From an uncultured Thermococci archaeon (GTDB taxonomy: Archaea; CAYQAE01; CAYVLA01): a DNA stretch of 64,000 nucleotides. The notes beneath the pieces were generated by a model. The model saw only the letters and a list, made by a program, of their open reading frames with translations. It did not search any database and was not told the DNA's origin. Both the position numbers and the translations under genes were made by a program. The stretch is taken from assembly GCA_964549615.1 (NCBI GenBank), contig CAZJVP010000081.1, forward strand, positions 1 through 64,000. The letters are read 5' to 3'. Shown here one piece after another: positions 19,495 to 29,640 of the stretch. The first letter of the stretch is position 1; each line of letters begins with the position of its first letter.

Positions 19495-21327
19495 ATGGCA
19501 AAGCTTCTCAAGCTACCGAATAGGCCTCCGTTCAGAGAGCTGGCCGCCGAATACCCGCGGGCTTTCAGCACCACGAAGGGCCTCAGGCTAAGAATATTGA
19601 AGCGGCCCAAGCCCGGTTACTCGATCAACGCCCAGGGCAATCGATGCGCCATCGAGTGTGGAAGCACATCGGACCTGATGCGGGCCCTTGGCCAGTGGCT
19701 GTCGCGCGGCCCGGTCGAAGCCGCCGAAGAGCCTTGCATGACCTTCAGGGGACTGATGATAGACAGCTCACGAAACGCCGTGATGAAGCCCTCGATCCTC
19801 AAGGCAGCGATGCTGAGGCTAGCACTCTTCGGCTACAACGCCCTGTGTCTCTACACGGAGGACACGTACGAGGTAGCCGGCCACCCCGAATTCGGATACC
19901 TTCGGGGAAGGTACACGCAAGCCGAGCTGCGGGACCTTGACCGGTACGCGGCAAAGCTGGGGATCGAGATGTTTCCGTGCATCCAGACGCTGGGCCACAT
20001 GGAGCAGATACTCAGCCACTCCAGCTACTCACACCTTCGGGACGACAACCACATCCTGAACCTGAAGCTGAAGGAGACGTACGAGTTCATAGAGTGCCTG
20101 GTTGAGAGTGCTTCGAAGCCCTATGCAAGCAGGAGAATCCACCTTGGGCTGGATGAAACTTGGGGCCTTAGCCGCGGAAGGGCGTTCGTCCCCAACACGC
20201 CCATCGATCCCAGAAACGACTATCTGAACCACGTCAGCTGGTTAGCCGAACTGTGCAGGAAGAAGGGCCTTAACCCCATGATGTGGGGGGACATCGTGAT
20301 AGGCATGAGCGGGACGGAGGCCTTCTCGGAAGAGCAGGCGGCCAGGCTGCCGAGGGACATGAAGATGGTCTTCTGGAACTACTACAGCTCGGATCCCGAG
20401 TACTACCGCACGACGATCAGGAAGTACAGGCAGATGGGGTTCGAGCCGATGGTGGCGCCCGGCCTCTGGAGCTGGGGACGTCTCTGGTCGTCCCAATACG
20501 TGACGGACATCTCTGCCTCCCACTTTATGTGCGTCGCACGTGAGGAGGGCATCAAGGAAGCCCTCATGACTATGTGGGGCGATTCGGGCCACGAAACTCC
20601 CTTCGCCTCCAACTACCCCGCAATTGCCCAGTTCGCCGATGATTGCTGGCGACAAAATCCCGATAGGCACGATACCGAGGCACTGGTGAAAGCTGTCTGC
20701 GGCACGCCCTTCGACGTGTACACGTTCCCGGGCAGACTCGACCACTTCCCGGGCCGGGAGGAGGAGAGCATCAAGTCCCGTGCCAACTTAAGCGAGTGCA
20801 TTCTCTGGGACGATCCCCTGCTAGGCATCTTCGCCAGACATTACGCAGGCGCCGAGCTCGGCCCCCACTTCGAGAAACTCGCATCCCAGATAGCGCAGGC
20901 GACGAGAAAGGCATCACCCGACGATGCGAGGCTCTTTGCTTACGCACGAAGTCTGGCATCGGTCGTAGCGGCCAAATGCGACCTGCACAACGCTGCCCGA
21001 GAAGCCTACTTAGCCAATGACCGCCAGCGGGTGGCCAGAGTTTCGAGACAAATCCCCGACGTTATCGCGAGGACAAGGAAGTTGTTGAGGGCGCACACCG
21101 CGGTCTGGTTGGAGGAGCGCAAGCCCTTCGGCTTGGAGGTTCTGCAGATCCGCTACGGGGGGCAGTTGGTCCGGCTGGCTGAGATGAAGTCCCGGCTGGA
21201 TGCATACCTAGCAGGCAAGATCGAAAGAATAGAGGAGTTCGATGAACCGACCGTCAAGCTCTGGCCCGACCCCGCGCGCTTCCATGGCACGCACGGAAGG
21301 GTAGCAACAATCTCCACCGTGAGGTGA
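19495..21327 (+). CDS. Beta-N-acetylhexosaminidase, GH20 (GcnA-like)
   Basis: FRGLMIDSSRN, LYTEDTY, PCIQTLGH, catalytic IHLGLDE, MMWGD, TMWGDSG; C-terminal KPFGLEVLQIRYGG. Confidence 0.9.
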   Translation: MAKLLKLPNRPPFRELAAEYPRAFSTTKGLRLRILKRPKPGYSINAQGNRCAIECGSTSDLMRALGQWLSRGPVEAAEEPCMTFRGLMIDSSRNAVMKPSILKAAMLRLALFGYNALCLYTEDTYEVAGHPEFGYLRGRYTQAELRDLDRYAAKLGIEMFPCIQTLGHMEQILSHSSYSHLRDDNHILNLKLKETYEFIECLVESASKPYASRRIHLGLDETWGLSRGRAFVPNTPIDPRNDYLNHVSWLAELCRKKGLNPMMWGDIVIGMSGTEAFSEEQAARLPRDMKMVFWNYYSSDPEYYRTTIRKYRQMGFEPMVAPGLWSWGRLWSSQYVTDISASHFMCVAREEGIKEALMTMWGDSGHETPFASNYPAIAQFADDCWRQNPDRHDTEALVKAVCGTPFDVYTFPGRLDHFPGREEESIKSRANLSECILWDDPLLGIFARHYAGAELGPHFEKLASQIAQATRKASPDDARLFAYARSLASVVAAKCDLHNAAREAYLANDRQRVARVSRQIPDVIARTRKLLRAHTAVWLEERKPFGLEVLQIRYGGQLVRLAEMKSRLDAYLAGKIERIEEFDEPTVKLWPDPARFHGTHGRVATISTVR

Positions 21328-21445
21328 GCCCGCCATAACGCGACGCGAGGTGCTCTATCGCCTTCAACCACAAGGCACCCCGGATGGACCGCAAAGCCGA
21401 TTCCGCATCTCAACCCCGATGAGGGAGCAAGAGCCGCGCCTGGAC

Positions 21446-22834
21446 CTAGTCCTTGCGCGGGCCCCTCACTCTCTTTTCGTAGTATTCGGGCAGGTACCTC
21501 TTGACCAGTTCCTCCATTTCCTCAGGCGATATCGCGGTGGTCCGCCCGTGCACATCGTACTGGTCCTTGACCCACCTCATTATCTTCACGAGCTTCGTCT
21601 TCTTTAGCCGCTCCTCCCCCTCCAGGCCGAGGAACTCGTTGACCCAGTACTGCACACCGTCAGCCCCGCTCTTATCCGTGATCGAGACCGTCGGAGGCCT
21701 CTTCAGAAGAGCGGTCGTGTCGAAAATGTTGTACACCCGCTCATCCGCGTAGAGGCCCATCGCGTGTATGCCTGCGTGGGTCATGTTGAAGTCCCTTCCG
21801 ACGAACGGGTAGTTCCTCGCCGGCGGCGTCCCGATGACCTTCTCGTAGTACTCCGCGATGTCCGTAATGGCCGTCGTGTCGATGCCGCAGGTGTCGCCCA
21901 TGAGGCTGATGTACTCGATTATGGCTCCCTCTAGGGGCGGGTTTCCCGTCCTTTCCCCGAACCCCAGCAGCGTGGCATTCACGCAGTTGCAACCGTAAAG
22001 CCAGCTGCTGACGGCGTTGATGTGGACCTTGTGGAAATCGTTGTGGCCATGCCACTCCAGCCTTTCCGGCGGAATCCCTCCCTCGTGTACGATCTTGTAG
22101 ACGAGCTTCGGGATGCTGCGCGGTAGCGCCACGCCGGGGTAGGTCAAACCAAATCCCATCGTGTCGCAGAGCCTCACCTTGACCTTCATCTCTTCGGGAA
22201 GATCCTGCGATATCTCGGCCAGTCTCTGAACCAACGGAATGACGAAACCATCAATGTCGGCCCTCGTCACATCCTCGAGGTGGCACCGGGGACGTATCCC
22301 AGCGTCGACGGCGGCCTTGACCACGGAAAGATAGTTTTCCAACACGGTCCTGCGGTCTTTCCGCAGCTTGTAGAAGATGTGGTAGTCCGAACACGAAGTG
22401 AGTATCCCGGTCTCAGGCAGCTCAAGTTTTCTCACCCAGGACAAGTCACCTTCATCCGCCCTGATCCAGCCCGTGATGCGGGGAAACTCGTATCCCAAGT
22501 CCTTCACGGCCGAGACCGCTTCCCTGTCCTTCTGGCTGTAGACGAAGAACTCCGACATTCGGACGATCCCCCGCGGCCCGCTCAGGCGCGACAACAGCTC
22601 GAAAAGGTCGACGATCTGCTTCACCGTGTACGGTGGCCTGGCCTGCTGTCCGTCGCGGAAGGTCGTGTCGCTGATGTGCAGGTCCCTCCTCAGCGCCTCA
22701 TTCGGGTCGAACTCCACAAGCCTGCCGTCGATCTCCTCATGGATCTTCCCCGTGAACACGATTCGCGGGGGCAGCCTGTGGGGGAAAAGGTCCTCGAGCA
22801 GGTTTGGGGCCTCCACGTCCTTGAGCTCGCGCAT
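21446..22834 (-). CDS. Re-citrate synthase-like DRE-TIM metallolyase
   Basis: DTTFRDGQQAR, SCSDYHIFYKL, RCHLEDVTRAD, CDTMG, EWHGHNDF, GERTGN, YNIFDT. These match the Re-citrate synthase subfamily rather than LeuA. Confidence 0.82.
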   Translation of the reverse strand: MRELKDVEAPNLLEDLFPHRLPPRIVFTGKIHEEIDGRLVEFDPNEALRRDLHISDTTFRDGQQARPPYTVKQIVDLFELLSRLSGPRGIVRMSEFFVYSQKDREAVSAVKDLGYEFPRITGWIRADEGDLSWVRKLELPETGILTSCSDYHIFYKLRKDRRTVLENYLSVVKAAVDAGIRPRCHLEDVTRADIDGFVIPLVQRLAEISQDLPEEMKVKVRLCDTMGFGLTYPGVALPRSIPKLVYKIVHEGGIPPERLEWHGHNDFHKVHINAVSSWLYGCNCVNATLLGFGERTGNPPLEGAIIEYISLMGDTCGIDTTAITDIAEYYEKVIGTPPARNYPFVGRDFNMTHAGIHAMGLYADERVYNIFDTTALLKRPPTVSITDKSGADGVQYWVNEFLGLEGEERLKKTKLVKIMRWVKDQYDVHGRTTAISPEEMEELVKRYLPEYYEKRVRGPRKD

Positions 22835-23021
22835 CTGTTCCCCTCTCCGAATCAGCCCAGTTGGGACCCCTTGTAGATAATGTTTTCCAACATGCAGAGA
22901 CGCCCGATTCGACGCGCTCGAAGGTCTTGGGCTTGAGGTTGATCCCATAACTAGACAACTCAGAAAGGTCGAAGCGTTCCTAGCCCTCTGAGAACCTGCT
23001 TTGTGGCGCGCTTGGATCCCG

Positions 23022-24209
23022 TTAGCACTCCTGCAATCTCGTCGTCCCGACTGGCCTGTAGATCTTCCTTCGGATCATGAGGCTCCAGACCACGAGACCG
23101 GCGATCATTGCTGTCGACGTCACGACCAACCATTCCAGCACGAAGACCCAGAATAGCGCCTCGTCCTTGACGCGAACAGCCTGGTCAGCGATGGAGTCAA
23201 GCGCCGAGGAGGCATCATCCATCAGGGAGATCGATGCGCCATATTCCTGATCCAAGAAATGATCAAGCGCGACGGCAACGTGGGCGTCGAGACCAACGAG
23301 GGCCTCGGAAAGGGAAAGGGTGTTGGCGCCAAACGAATCCGCCCATTCCAGCATGGAGATGACCGCGAGCTTCTTGGACCTGAAGGATGAGATCCGACCC
23401 CTTGCGTCCCGTCTGACGAGGATATCTTGGACCGGATGCCTTTCCAGCGAGTGAAGGACGAGGTTTGTGACAAGGTCGATTGCGTAGGGATTGCTGCCCC
23501 TTGACTGGGGAGCCACCCCCCACCAGTAGGGATCGAACTCGTCGGCAGTTGCCCAAGACACTCCGGCGTGCGCATCCACCTTCCAGGAGGCCAACCAAGG
23601 AGTCCCAGCGGGCTGGATATCCGCCCAGACCACCGCGCCCTGCTTCACCTCCATCCGGGCGTGGGCTCCTCCGACGACGTTCTCCATGCCCAACGCGACA
23701 AACGGGAGGAAGACGGGCTCCCGCTCCTTGCGGAACACAACGTGCCATGGTCTGTGGATGTAGCTCTGCAGGGGGATCGTCGATATCGGCAGCACATCGA
23801 AGACCGTGGCGGTGTACCAGTTCTCCGACCCGTGCGAAATGGCCCAATAGGATGGCATGCCAGCCTCTCTGCACACATATTCCAGGTCGGCAAACTGCTT
23901 GGTCGTGAAATGATCGAGGCGCGGATCGACGAAGAAGACGATGTCGTACTTCTCGGAGAACACCTCCTTCGAGCGGGGGTAGTAGAGCCGATCCATCTTC
24001 CTCCTCTCCTCAATCGTGAGGCCCGACGGCTGCAAGTCGGCCACGTAGGTGAAAAGCGGGTCTTCGCTGAAGAAGCTGGACAGGGGACATCTGCCCGGCG
24101 TAACGGAGCCGAGCAAGAAGCAGGAGATCCTCTTCTGGCCACCCAATGCAAGTCCGTTGCAGAGAAGGACCGAGCAAAGCATGCACGTAACACAAATCCG
24201 GCTTCTCAT
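23022..24209 (-). CDS. Membrane-anchored surface protein, paralogue 5 of 6
   Basis: Signal-like MRSRICVTCMLCSVLLCNGLALG; EDPLFTY..KMDRLYYPRSKE..YD; NPYAIDLVTN; FGAN; KDEALFWVFVLEWLVVTST..WSLMIRRKIYRPVGTT. Confidence 0.8.
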   Translation of the reverse strand: MRSRICVTCMLCSVLLCNGLALGGQKRISCFLLGSVTPGRCPLSSFFSEDPLFTYVADLQPSGLTIEERRKMDRLYYPRSKEVFSEKYDIVFFVDPRLDHFTTKQFADLEYVCREAGMPSYWAISHGSENWYTATVFDVLPISTIPLQSYIHRPWHVVFRKEREPVFLPFVALGMENVVGGAHARMEVKQGAVVWADIQPAGTPWLASWKVDAHAGVSWATADEFDPYWWGVAPQSRGSNPYAIDLVTNLVLHSLERHPVQDILVRRDARGRISSFRSKKLAVISMLEWADSFGANTLSLSEALVGLDAHVAVALDHFLDQEYGASISLMDDASSALDSIADQAVRVKDEALFWVFVLEWLVVTSTAMIAGLVVWSLMIRRKIYRPVGTTRLQEC

Positions 24210-24322
24210 ACGGATCTTGATCCGGCCGTTCCACGACCCCATCCGACCTGCAGCCGAATGCTGCCGATCAATTAGCATAGTTTGATCCGCCCAAAGAGCT
24301 TCATCCGACGCATAGCTCCCGC

Positions 24323-25405
24323 CTAGGGCTCCCAAAGGGTCGCGGCTATGTACCTCTCGCCTTCGGGGTGATCGTTGAAGTAGTAGACGGTGACGATCCT
24401 ACCATCGGTGCGCTGAACGGTGCGCGGGTATCCCAGATCGTGATTCCCGCCGCCGTTGCGGACGATCACGTCTGGCCCCCAGCTTTCACCGTCGTCGTTG
24501 CTCAGCTTGGCGCGGATCTGAAATGGTGGATCGCGATACCCGTAGGTCAGACAGAGGCGTCCATCCACGAGCCTCGTCAGAGTCGGAGGATTTCCGCCCA
24601 CGCCGGTGTTGGGGACGGGCCTGTTCAGGTATGCCCATGTCCGACCGTCGTCATCGGAGCAGTACAGATCGATCCAGTTCCGCCCGGACTCCCGGCACCG
24701 CACGGCCACGAGGATGCGTCCGCCGGGAAGGCGTACGCTCGCCGGCATTATGGAGAAGCCCCTCGGCTCCGGGCCGATCCATGAGACAAACCTGAAGCTC
24801 CTCCCGCCGTCCTTCGTCCTCGCACAGAACACGCGGCCCTCATCCCCATTGCTCTTCGCGGCTGTAAGGAACAGCAAGCATTCGGACGGACCCAAGACCA
24901 GGTAGTCGGTCCGGGCCGCAATGCCTGTCAGCCCAAAGTCTGGAATGGCGAACGGGCCCCTCCAAGTGGCACAACGATCGTACGAGAAGTAGAACCAGGA
25001 CCGTGCGCCAGCTGCCAAACCCGACCTAGCACACATCAACGCGAAGCCGGGATGCGAGAAGTCGATCGCATCGGGGTTTGGTTGAATGGCCTCATGCCGG
25101 AGAGCTTCGCCTACCCCAATCTCGGGGCGCATGTGTTCGTCCGCCGAAAGGCCTCTCCCTCCGGGCGTCCTGCACGGCGTTGGTGCCACCTGCCATGTCA
25201 AGCCCCCGTCCAGGCTACGCGCCTGCATGGAAACGAAAGGCTTGCCCTTGTCTCGAGCGTGGAACCCTGCATCCGCCTTGTGGTAGCCCAGAGCAAAGCC
25301 CACCACGATCTCGTCGCCCCAGGACCAGATGCCGTAGTTGGCCGGCCAGCCGGCAAAGCGACCGATCTCGCGGTACACCGTGACGTGCTGCATGACGTGC
25401 TGCAT
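24323..25405 (-). CDS. BNR/Asp-box sialidase-family beta-propeller protein
   Basis: Asp-boxes SLDGGLTW, SYDRCATW, TKDGGRSF, SDDDGRTW, SNDDGESW; DLGYP..YYF C-terminus. Confidence 0.85.
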   Translation of the reverse strand: MQHVMQHVTVYREIGRFAGWPANYGIWSWGDEIVVGFALGYHKADAGFHARDKGKPFVSMQARSLDGGLTWQVAPTPCRTPGGRGLSADEHMRPEIGVGEALRHEAIQPNPDAIDFSHPGFALMCARSGLAAGARSWFYFSYDRCATWRGPFAIPDFGLTGIAARTDYLVLGPSECLLFLTAAKSNGDEGRVFCARTKDGGRSFRFVSWIGPEPRGFSIMPASVRLPGGRILVAVRCRESGRNWIDLYCSDDDGRTWAYLNRPVPNTGVGGNPPTLTRLVDGRLCLTYGYRDPPFQIRAKLSNDDGESWGPDVIVRNGGGNHDLGYPRTVQRTDGRIVTVYYFNDHPEGERYIAATLWEP

Positions 25406-25517
25406 GCTGGCCTGCGTGTTCGCAGGCACTAAAAATGCGTTCGGCGCTCGGTCGATGGGCCAGAGCCGTCGGCAGTCCAAAAAGGTCAGTTCACCTGCCA
25501 TGCTGCAGCCGGCTGAA

Positions 25518-26792
25518 CTACGGAGCTTCGGGGAAGAAGGCCAGTTCCTTGACGGGCCGACCCTGCATGTCGGTGAAACGCAGGGAGAAGCCCCACTGGC
25601 CCTCTCTGTTGTATACTTTCACAAGGATTGCGGTTTCCCCTTTCTCCAAAGTCACAGGAACTATGTCGGAATCCAGATGGACGCCGCGGCTTCCTTCGTG
25701 CCTCCAGACCTCACGGCCGTTGAAACGCACCGACGCATCATCGTCGCTGCCGAACCGCAACTCCGCCTTCATCCTCCGCGGACTGTTGACCCTGCAGAAG
25801 GCATAGGCCATGGATTGTTTGACGTATTCCGCGCTGCCGAATATCTCCACCAAGCCGACCGCGCCCGCGTAGGATCTGTAGCGCCTCCACACGGCCTCGA
25901 TGCCCTTTCCGGGATAGCGCGCGCGCAAGTCCACCTCGGTGTCCGGTGGGAACGAGGAGTCCAGAGAACCATTCGCTGCGTCGAAAGGGCCGATCACGTA
26001 CCAAGCCGGCACAATCCCCGGGACTGGTCGCGGATCTCTGTAGAAACCCCGGGGCTGTATGCGGGCCCTTGACATGCTTCTCGGTTCACGGGTCACGCGA
26101 AGCGCACCGCTTCGAAGGATCTCTCGGTTGATCTTTCGAAGCTCTCGCACTACCGATTCATCGCTGTTCCAGCCGCGTAGATCGCCAGCTTCGTCAAGCA
26201 TCGCAAATGCGATTAGGCCGGACGCGCCCTCCCTGACGAAGTCCTCGATCTGCTCCCGGATGTCTTTCGGCCTCAGCGGGCGCTGCTGGTTCACCCCTCT
26301 CTTGCTGTCCTGCGCTTCCCAGAATGCCTGGTAGATGCCGAGGAAGGGTATGCCGGGAACCCTTCTCCGCGCGTCGGTCAGAATCCACTGCGTGTCGAAG
26401 CTGTTCATGGTCCGTTCGTAGCGGTCCTTGAGGAATGGGTAGAAGTAGAAGGACATGATGTCACAGGCCCCCGGCCCGAAGTTGCGAAGCGTCGTCGCCC
26501 CCGAGTATCCGCCGCAGACCGGATGATGCCTATCATCGATCTTCCTGACGGTGCGACATAGGCCCCTCATGGCAGACAGTGCATAACCGGGGCTATCGTC
26601 CAATGCCCAGTATCCCCAAAGGTTGGGCGAATCCTTCACGCCCGCGATCTCCCGGGCAAGCGGCTCCGGCCAGAACAGGATGGTCGACAGTTCGTGATCG
26701 GCGGGCTTCGTACCTTTGGCCCCGCGGCGACAGCCCAGAAGAGCATCACGGGTCGCTTCATCGTAGCTGATCAGCTCCTCATCTAGTAGCAC
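25518..26792 (-). CDS. Hypothetical GH-like TIM barrel with C-terminal PA14/jelly-roll-like domain
   Basis: LWGYWALDD, IDDRHHPV, YQAF, GASGLIAF; C-terminal WYVIGPF..LRFGSDDDASVRFNG..LVKV..WGFSLR. Confidence 0.55.
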   Translation of the reverse strand: MLLDEELISYDEATRDALLGCRRGAKGTKPADHELSTILFWPEPLAREIAGVKDSPNLWGYWALDDSPGYALSAMRGLCRTVRKIDDRHHPVCGGYSGATTLRNFGPGACDIMSFYFYPFLKDRYERTMNSFDTQWILTDARRRVPGIPFLGIYQAFWEAQDSKRGVNQQRPLRPKDIREQIEDFVREGASGLIAFAMLDEAGDLRGWNSDESVVRELRKINREILRSGALRVTREPRSMSRARIQPRGFYRDPRPVPGIVPAWYVIGPFDAANGSLDSSFPPDTEVDLRARYPGKGIEAVWRRYRSYAGAVGLVEIFGSAEYVKQSMAYAFCRVNSPRRMKAELRFGSDDDASVRFNGREVWRHEGSRGVHLDSDIVPVTLEKGETAILVKVYNREGQWGFSLRFTDMQGRPVKELAFFPEAP

Positions 26793-26934
26793 GGTTGCCG
26801 GGCCTGGAGCGAGATCGCCGTCCGCAATCGGGATCTCGGTTTCCTCCGCATCGATCGCGCGTCGCAGCCGTGGCCTTCCATGGATGTGACCCGCAGCCCC
26901 TCAACCGGTTCTGGACTCTGAAGAGGAAGGACCC

Positions 26935-27363
26935 CTAGGTCAGACCCCAGTCGATGACCTTCGTGGGACGAATCACCAAGACATCGCTTTCGTTCTCCTC
27001 GATCGGCCAGGTCTCTTTCCACTTGGGGTACTTGGCGTAGATCAGATCCCTGCCCTTCCTGAACAGGAGGCCCTTCCTCTTGAACTCAGCCCTGCCCAGT
27101 ATGATGACTCCGCGGTTCTTCTCCCAGCTCAGGTACTCATCCACGATGAAGGCCACCCTATTGTTCTTGGTGATGTTTCGCCCTTTCTTGCTTTCCATAT
27201 CCGTGTTGATGTAGAGAAGATCATGGTCATTCGCATAACACAAGGGCGCGACATGCGGCACTCCCTGGGGGGTAGCCGTAGCAAGCCGTCCCACCGGCTG
27301 CCCCGCGAGATATCTTTCCACAATCGCAGAGAAACTTGGCACGATCATCCCCGTCCCTGACAT
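26935..27363 (-). CDS. Pyridoxamine 5'-phosphate oxidase-like (PPOX-class flavin/F420-binding) protein
   Basis: GRLATATPQGVPHVAP, SKKGRNI..NNRVAFIVD, GVIILGRA, ..IRPTKVIDWG. Confidence 0.85.
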   Translation of the reverse strand: MSGTGMIVPSFSAIVERYLAGQPVGRLATATPQGVPHVAPLCYANDHDLLYINTDMESKKGRNITKNNRVAFIVDEYLSWEKNRGVIILGRAEFKRKGLLFRKGRDLIYAKYPKWKETWPIEENESDVLVIRPTKVIDWGLT

Positions 27364-27828
27364 CGGGCTATGTTTCCCGACAACGGCTTCTCCCTCTTAA
27401 GTTTACTCGCCGCCTAAAGCCTGAAGCTTACCCTCGTGCGCCTCTGACGGGGTTCACATCCATGGAGAACGGCAGCGGATGCCATCCTTTCCGGGGACGT
27501 GCCTCGGTTGATGCTGCAGATACGACATATTGTAGGCACGAGATATTCAAGGGAGTAGACGTCGGAACCAAAGGAATCGTCCAGATTGCTGAGCTGAGGA
27601 GAGAAAGGATGCACGATCTATTGCAACACGTGCCATGCCCAGCGGCCTTGAGGGCCATTCCGCGGAGGGCATCTGCTCCCGATGCAGGATCCACAGCGTG
27701 TCCCAAGCACGCAGCAAGCCCGAGAGAGTGGAACCATTCGGGAAGTCCCGGCAGCTACAAGCCCAAGGTGTAGCACGGAAGCGGATCTGCTTCAGGGCGT
27801 CTTCGAAACCGAGAAGGCGATCTTCGCA

Positions 27829-28440
27829 CTATGCTCTCTCGACGGGCTGGCGAATAATGGTCTTGAGCTTGGAGGGTGCACTGGTGCGGGGATCGCCAAG
27901 GTAGATCTCATGGTGGCGTCCCCTCACCTTGTACCCGCTACCGCGGATGAAATCGTGGAGCACCTTCACCGTCGGACCCTCCTCGCTGTACGGGCCGATG
28001 TGCATGACTTGTGCGCTCAGCCCTTCGTGGAAGGTTTCGAGGATGACCTCGTCAACGATGGATCCCTTCTTGTCCCTGACCCCGGGCCTGACGTCGTCCA
28101 CCATCTTCTGCGTCACGAAGTCCGGCTGCCTTATCATGGATTTGAAGTTCCACTCGCTTCTTGGCGGGGCTTGTTGAAGGTCGAACGCGGTCAAATCATC
28201 CCACCACCAAAGCCCCTCTAGGGTCATGACCGTGAAGTCCTTCCCTTGCTTCTTGCAGCTGAACTTGAGTGCGTAGCTCATCGAGTAGAGGGCTTCAAGG
28301 CCAGAGCAGTAGATGTCCCCTGCGGGTTCGCCTCGGCCGAAGATGGACAAAAACTTGCCGGGCGGGACGTCTATGACCTCAGGCTTCTTGCCGGCGGTGT
28401 AGTATCTCTTCAACTCCTTCCGTAAATCGATCTTCTCCAC
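27829..28440 (-). CDS. GyrI-like small-molecule-binding domain protein
   Basis: KIDLRKELK..Y, LEGLWW, MIRQPDFV, EGLSAQVMHIGPYSEE, HHEIYLGDPR..KTIIRQP; TATA-like TATTTAT ~25 nt upstream of the GTG at 28440. Confidence 0.88.
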   Translation of the reverse strand: MEKIDLRKELKRYYTAGKKPEVIDVPPGKFLSIFGRGEPAGDIYCSGLEALYSMSYALKFSCKKQGKDFTVMTLEGLWWWDDLTAFDLQQAPPRSEWNFKSMIRQPDFVTQKMVDDVRPGVRDKKGSIVDEVILETFHEGLSAQVMHIGPYSEEGPTVKVLHDFIRGSGYKVRGRHHEIYLGDPRTSAPSKLKTIIRQPVERA

Positions 28441-28586
28441 GCCTTCGCCCCGGCTTGGAGTTCTCATAAATACTTCGACCGATCATTCTTCGAACCCGGA
28501 ACCACGTCGGTGCCCGGCCTGGACCGAGACGATCGCAGGCTGAACGAGCCGAGCCGACTCAACCCGATTCGGTTGCTTGAGCCATA

Positions 28587-28592
28587 TTTATA
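28587..28592 (+). promoter_or_regulatory. TATA box of the secreted propeller glycosidase gene
   Basis: TTTATA about 23 nt upstream of the ATG at 28615, typical spacing for a leaderless archaeal transcript. Confidence 0.55.
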
Positions 28593-28614
28593 CTACGGAT
28601 TGCCCCTGTCCACC

Positions 28615-29640
28615 ATGCAGCCGCGCTGGTTTCTGATCGGAGCCGCCCTGGTGGCGCTCTCGCTTCCCGGTGTGCAGTGCAGGATTGAGTGGCTCAAGTT
28701 CGACCAGAACCCTGTGCTGGCCGAGGGGCCAGAAGGAAGCTGGGACGGCGGGGAGGTCATCTCGGTCTCACCGCTCAGAGAGGGCGAGATCTACAGAATG
28801 TGGTACAGCGCGGACAACGGTTCCGAGCTGTCGGGCATCGGGCTGGCCACATCCGTCGATCGCATCCATTGGACCAAGAGCCCCTTCAACCCGGTGCTCT
28901 CCAATGGCCCCGACGCCTATGACTCAGGCTACGTCTTCGCCCCATGCGTGCTCCGCGATTCTGAGGGCTACAAGATGTGGTACGTGGGATCAGACCCTGA
29001 GGGCGTTTGGACGGTATGCCTAGCCACTTCCGTCGATGGCACGAGTTGGACCAAACACCCGCAGAATCCGGTTCTGACCCCTGGGCCGGGCTGGTGCGAT
29101 GCCAGGAACGCTGGAGATCCGTGGGTCATCTTCGACGATGGTCTGTACAAGATGTGGTACACCGCCCTCAACAGGACCTACCTCATCGCATATGCCACAT
29201 CCAGAGATGGCGTACACTGGACCAAGGTCGGGCCCGTGCTGGAGCCGTCCATGGAAGGTCCGGATTCCAGTAGCGTGAGGGGGCCGTGCGTCCTGAGAAC
29301 CGCTGAAGGGTACGAGATGTGGTACAGGGGGATAGGCATCACATCACGATCCTGGACCGTGTGTTATGCGATCTCGCCCGATGGCGTCAACTGGGAAAGG
29401 TATGCGCAGAATCCGGTCTTGGAGGGACAGAGCGGCGGCTGGGATGCGAAGCTATGGTTCCCCAGGGTCATCCGTGAGGAGGACAGATACTCGATGTGGT
29501 ATACGTCCACAGACAGCGGCGTGGGACAAGTTGGGTACGCATACCTCAAGATACCTGAGCAGCTGTGCGCGGCCACCGTCGCCGGTCTTGTCTTGTGCTC
29601 ATGCGCTCAAGGGAGCACGCAGCACCGCAGGAATGGCTAG
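28615..29640 (+). CDS. Secreted five-bladed beta-propeller glycosidase-like protein (GH32/43/117/130 fold)
   Basis: Signal peptide MQPRWFLIGAALVALSLPGVQC; five repeats of NPVL...D...P.V....Y.MWY....AtS.DG..W; C-terminal IPE + hydrophobic + RR tail. Confidence 0.8.
   Translation: MQPRWFLIGAALVALSLPGVQCRIEWLKFDQNPVLAEGPEGSWDGGEVISVSPLREGEIYRMWYSADNGSELSGIGLATSVDRIHWTKSPFNPVLSNGPDAYDSGYVFAPCVLRDSEGYKMWYVGSDPEGVWTVCLATSVDGTSWTKHPQNPVLTPGPGWCDARNAGDPWVIFDDGLYKMWYTALNRTYLIAYATSRDGVHWTKVGPVLEPSMEGPDSSSVRGPCVLRTAEGYEMWYRGIGITSRSWTVCYAISPDGVNWERYAQNPVLEGQSGGWDAKLWFPRVIREEDRYSMWYTSTDSGVGQVGYAYLKIPEQLCAATVAGLVLCSCAQGSTQHRRNG

Noticed and set aside
25381-25406. 12-nt tandem duplication giving MQHVMQHV at the start of the sialidase-like gene
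   Set aside because: A single in-frame microduplication that only makes the start codon ambiguous.
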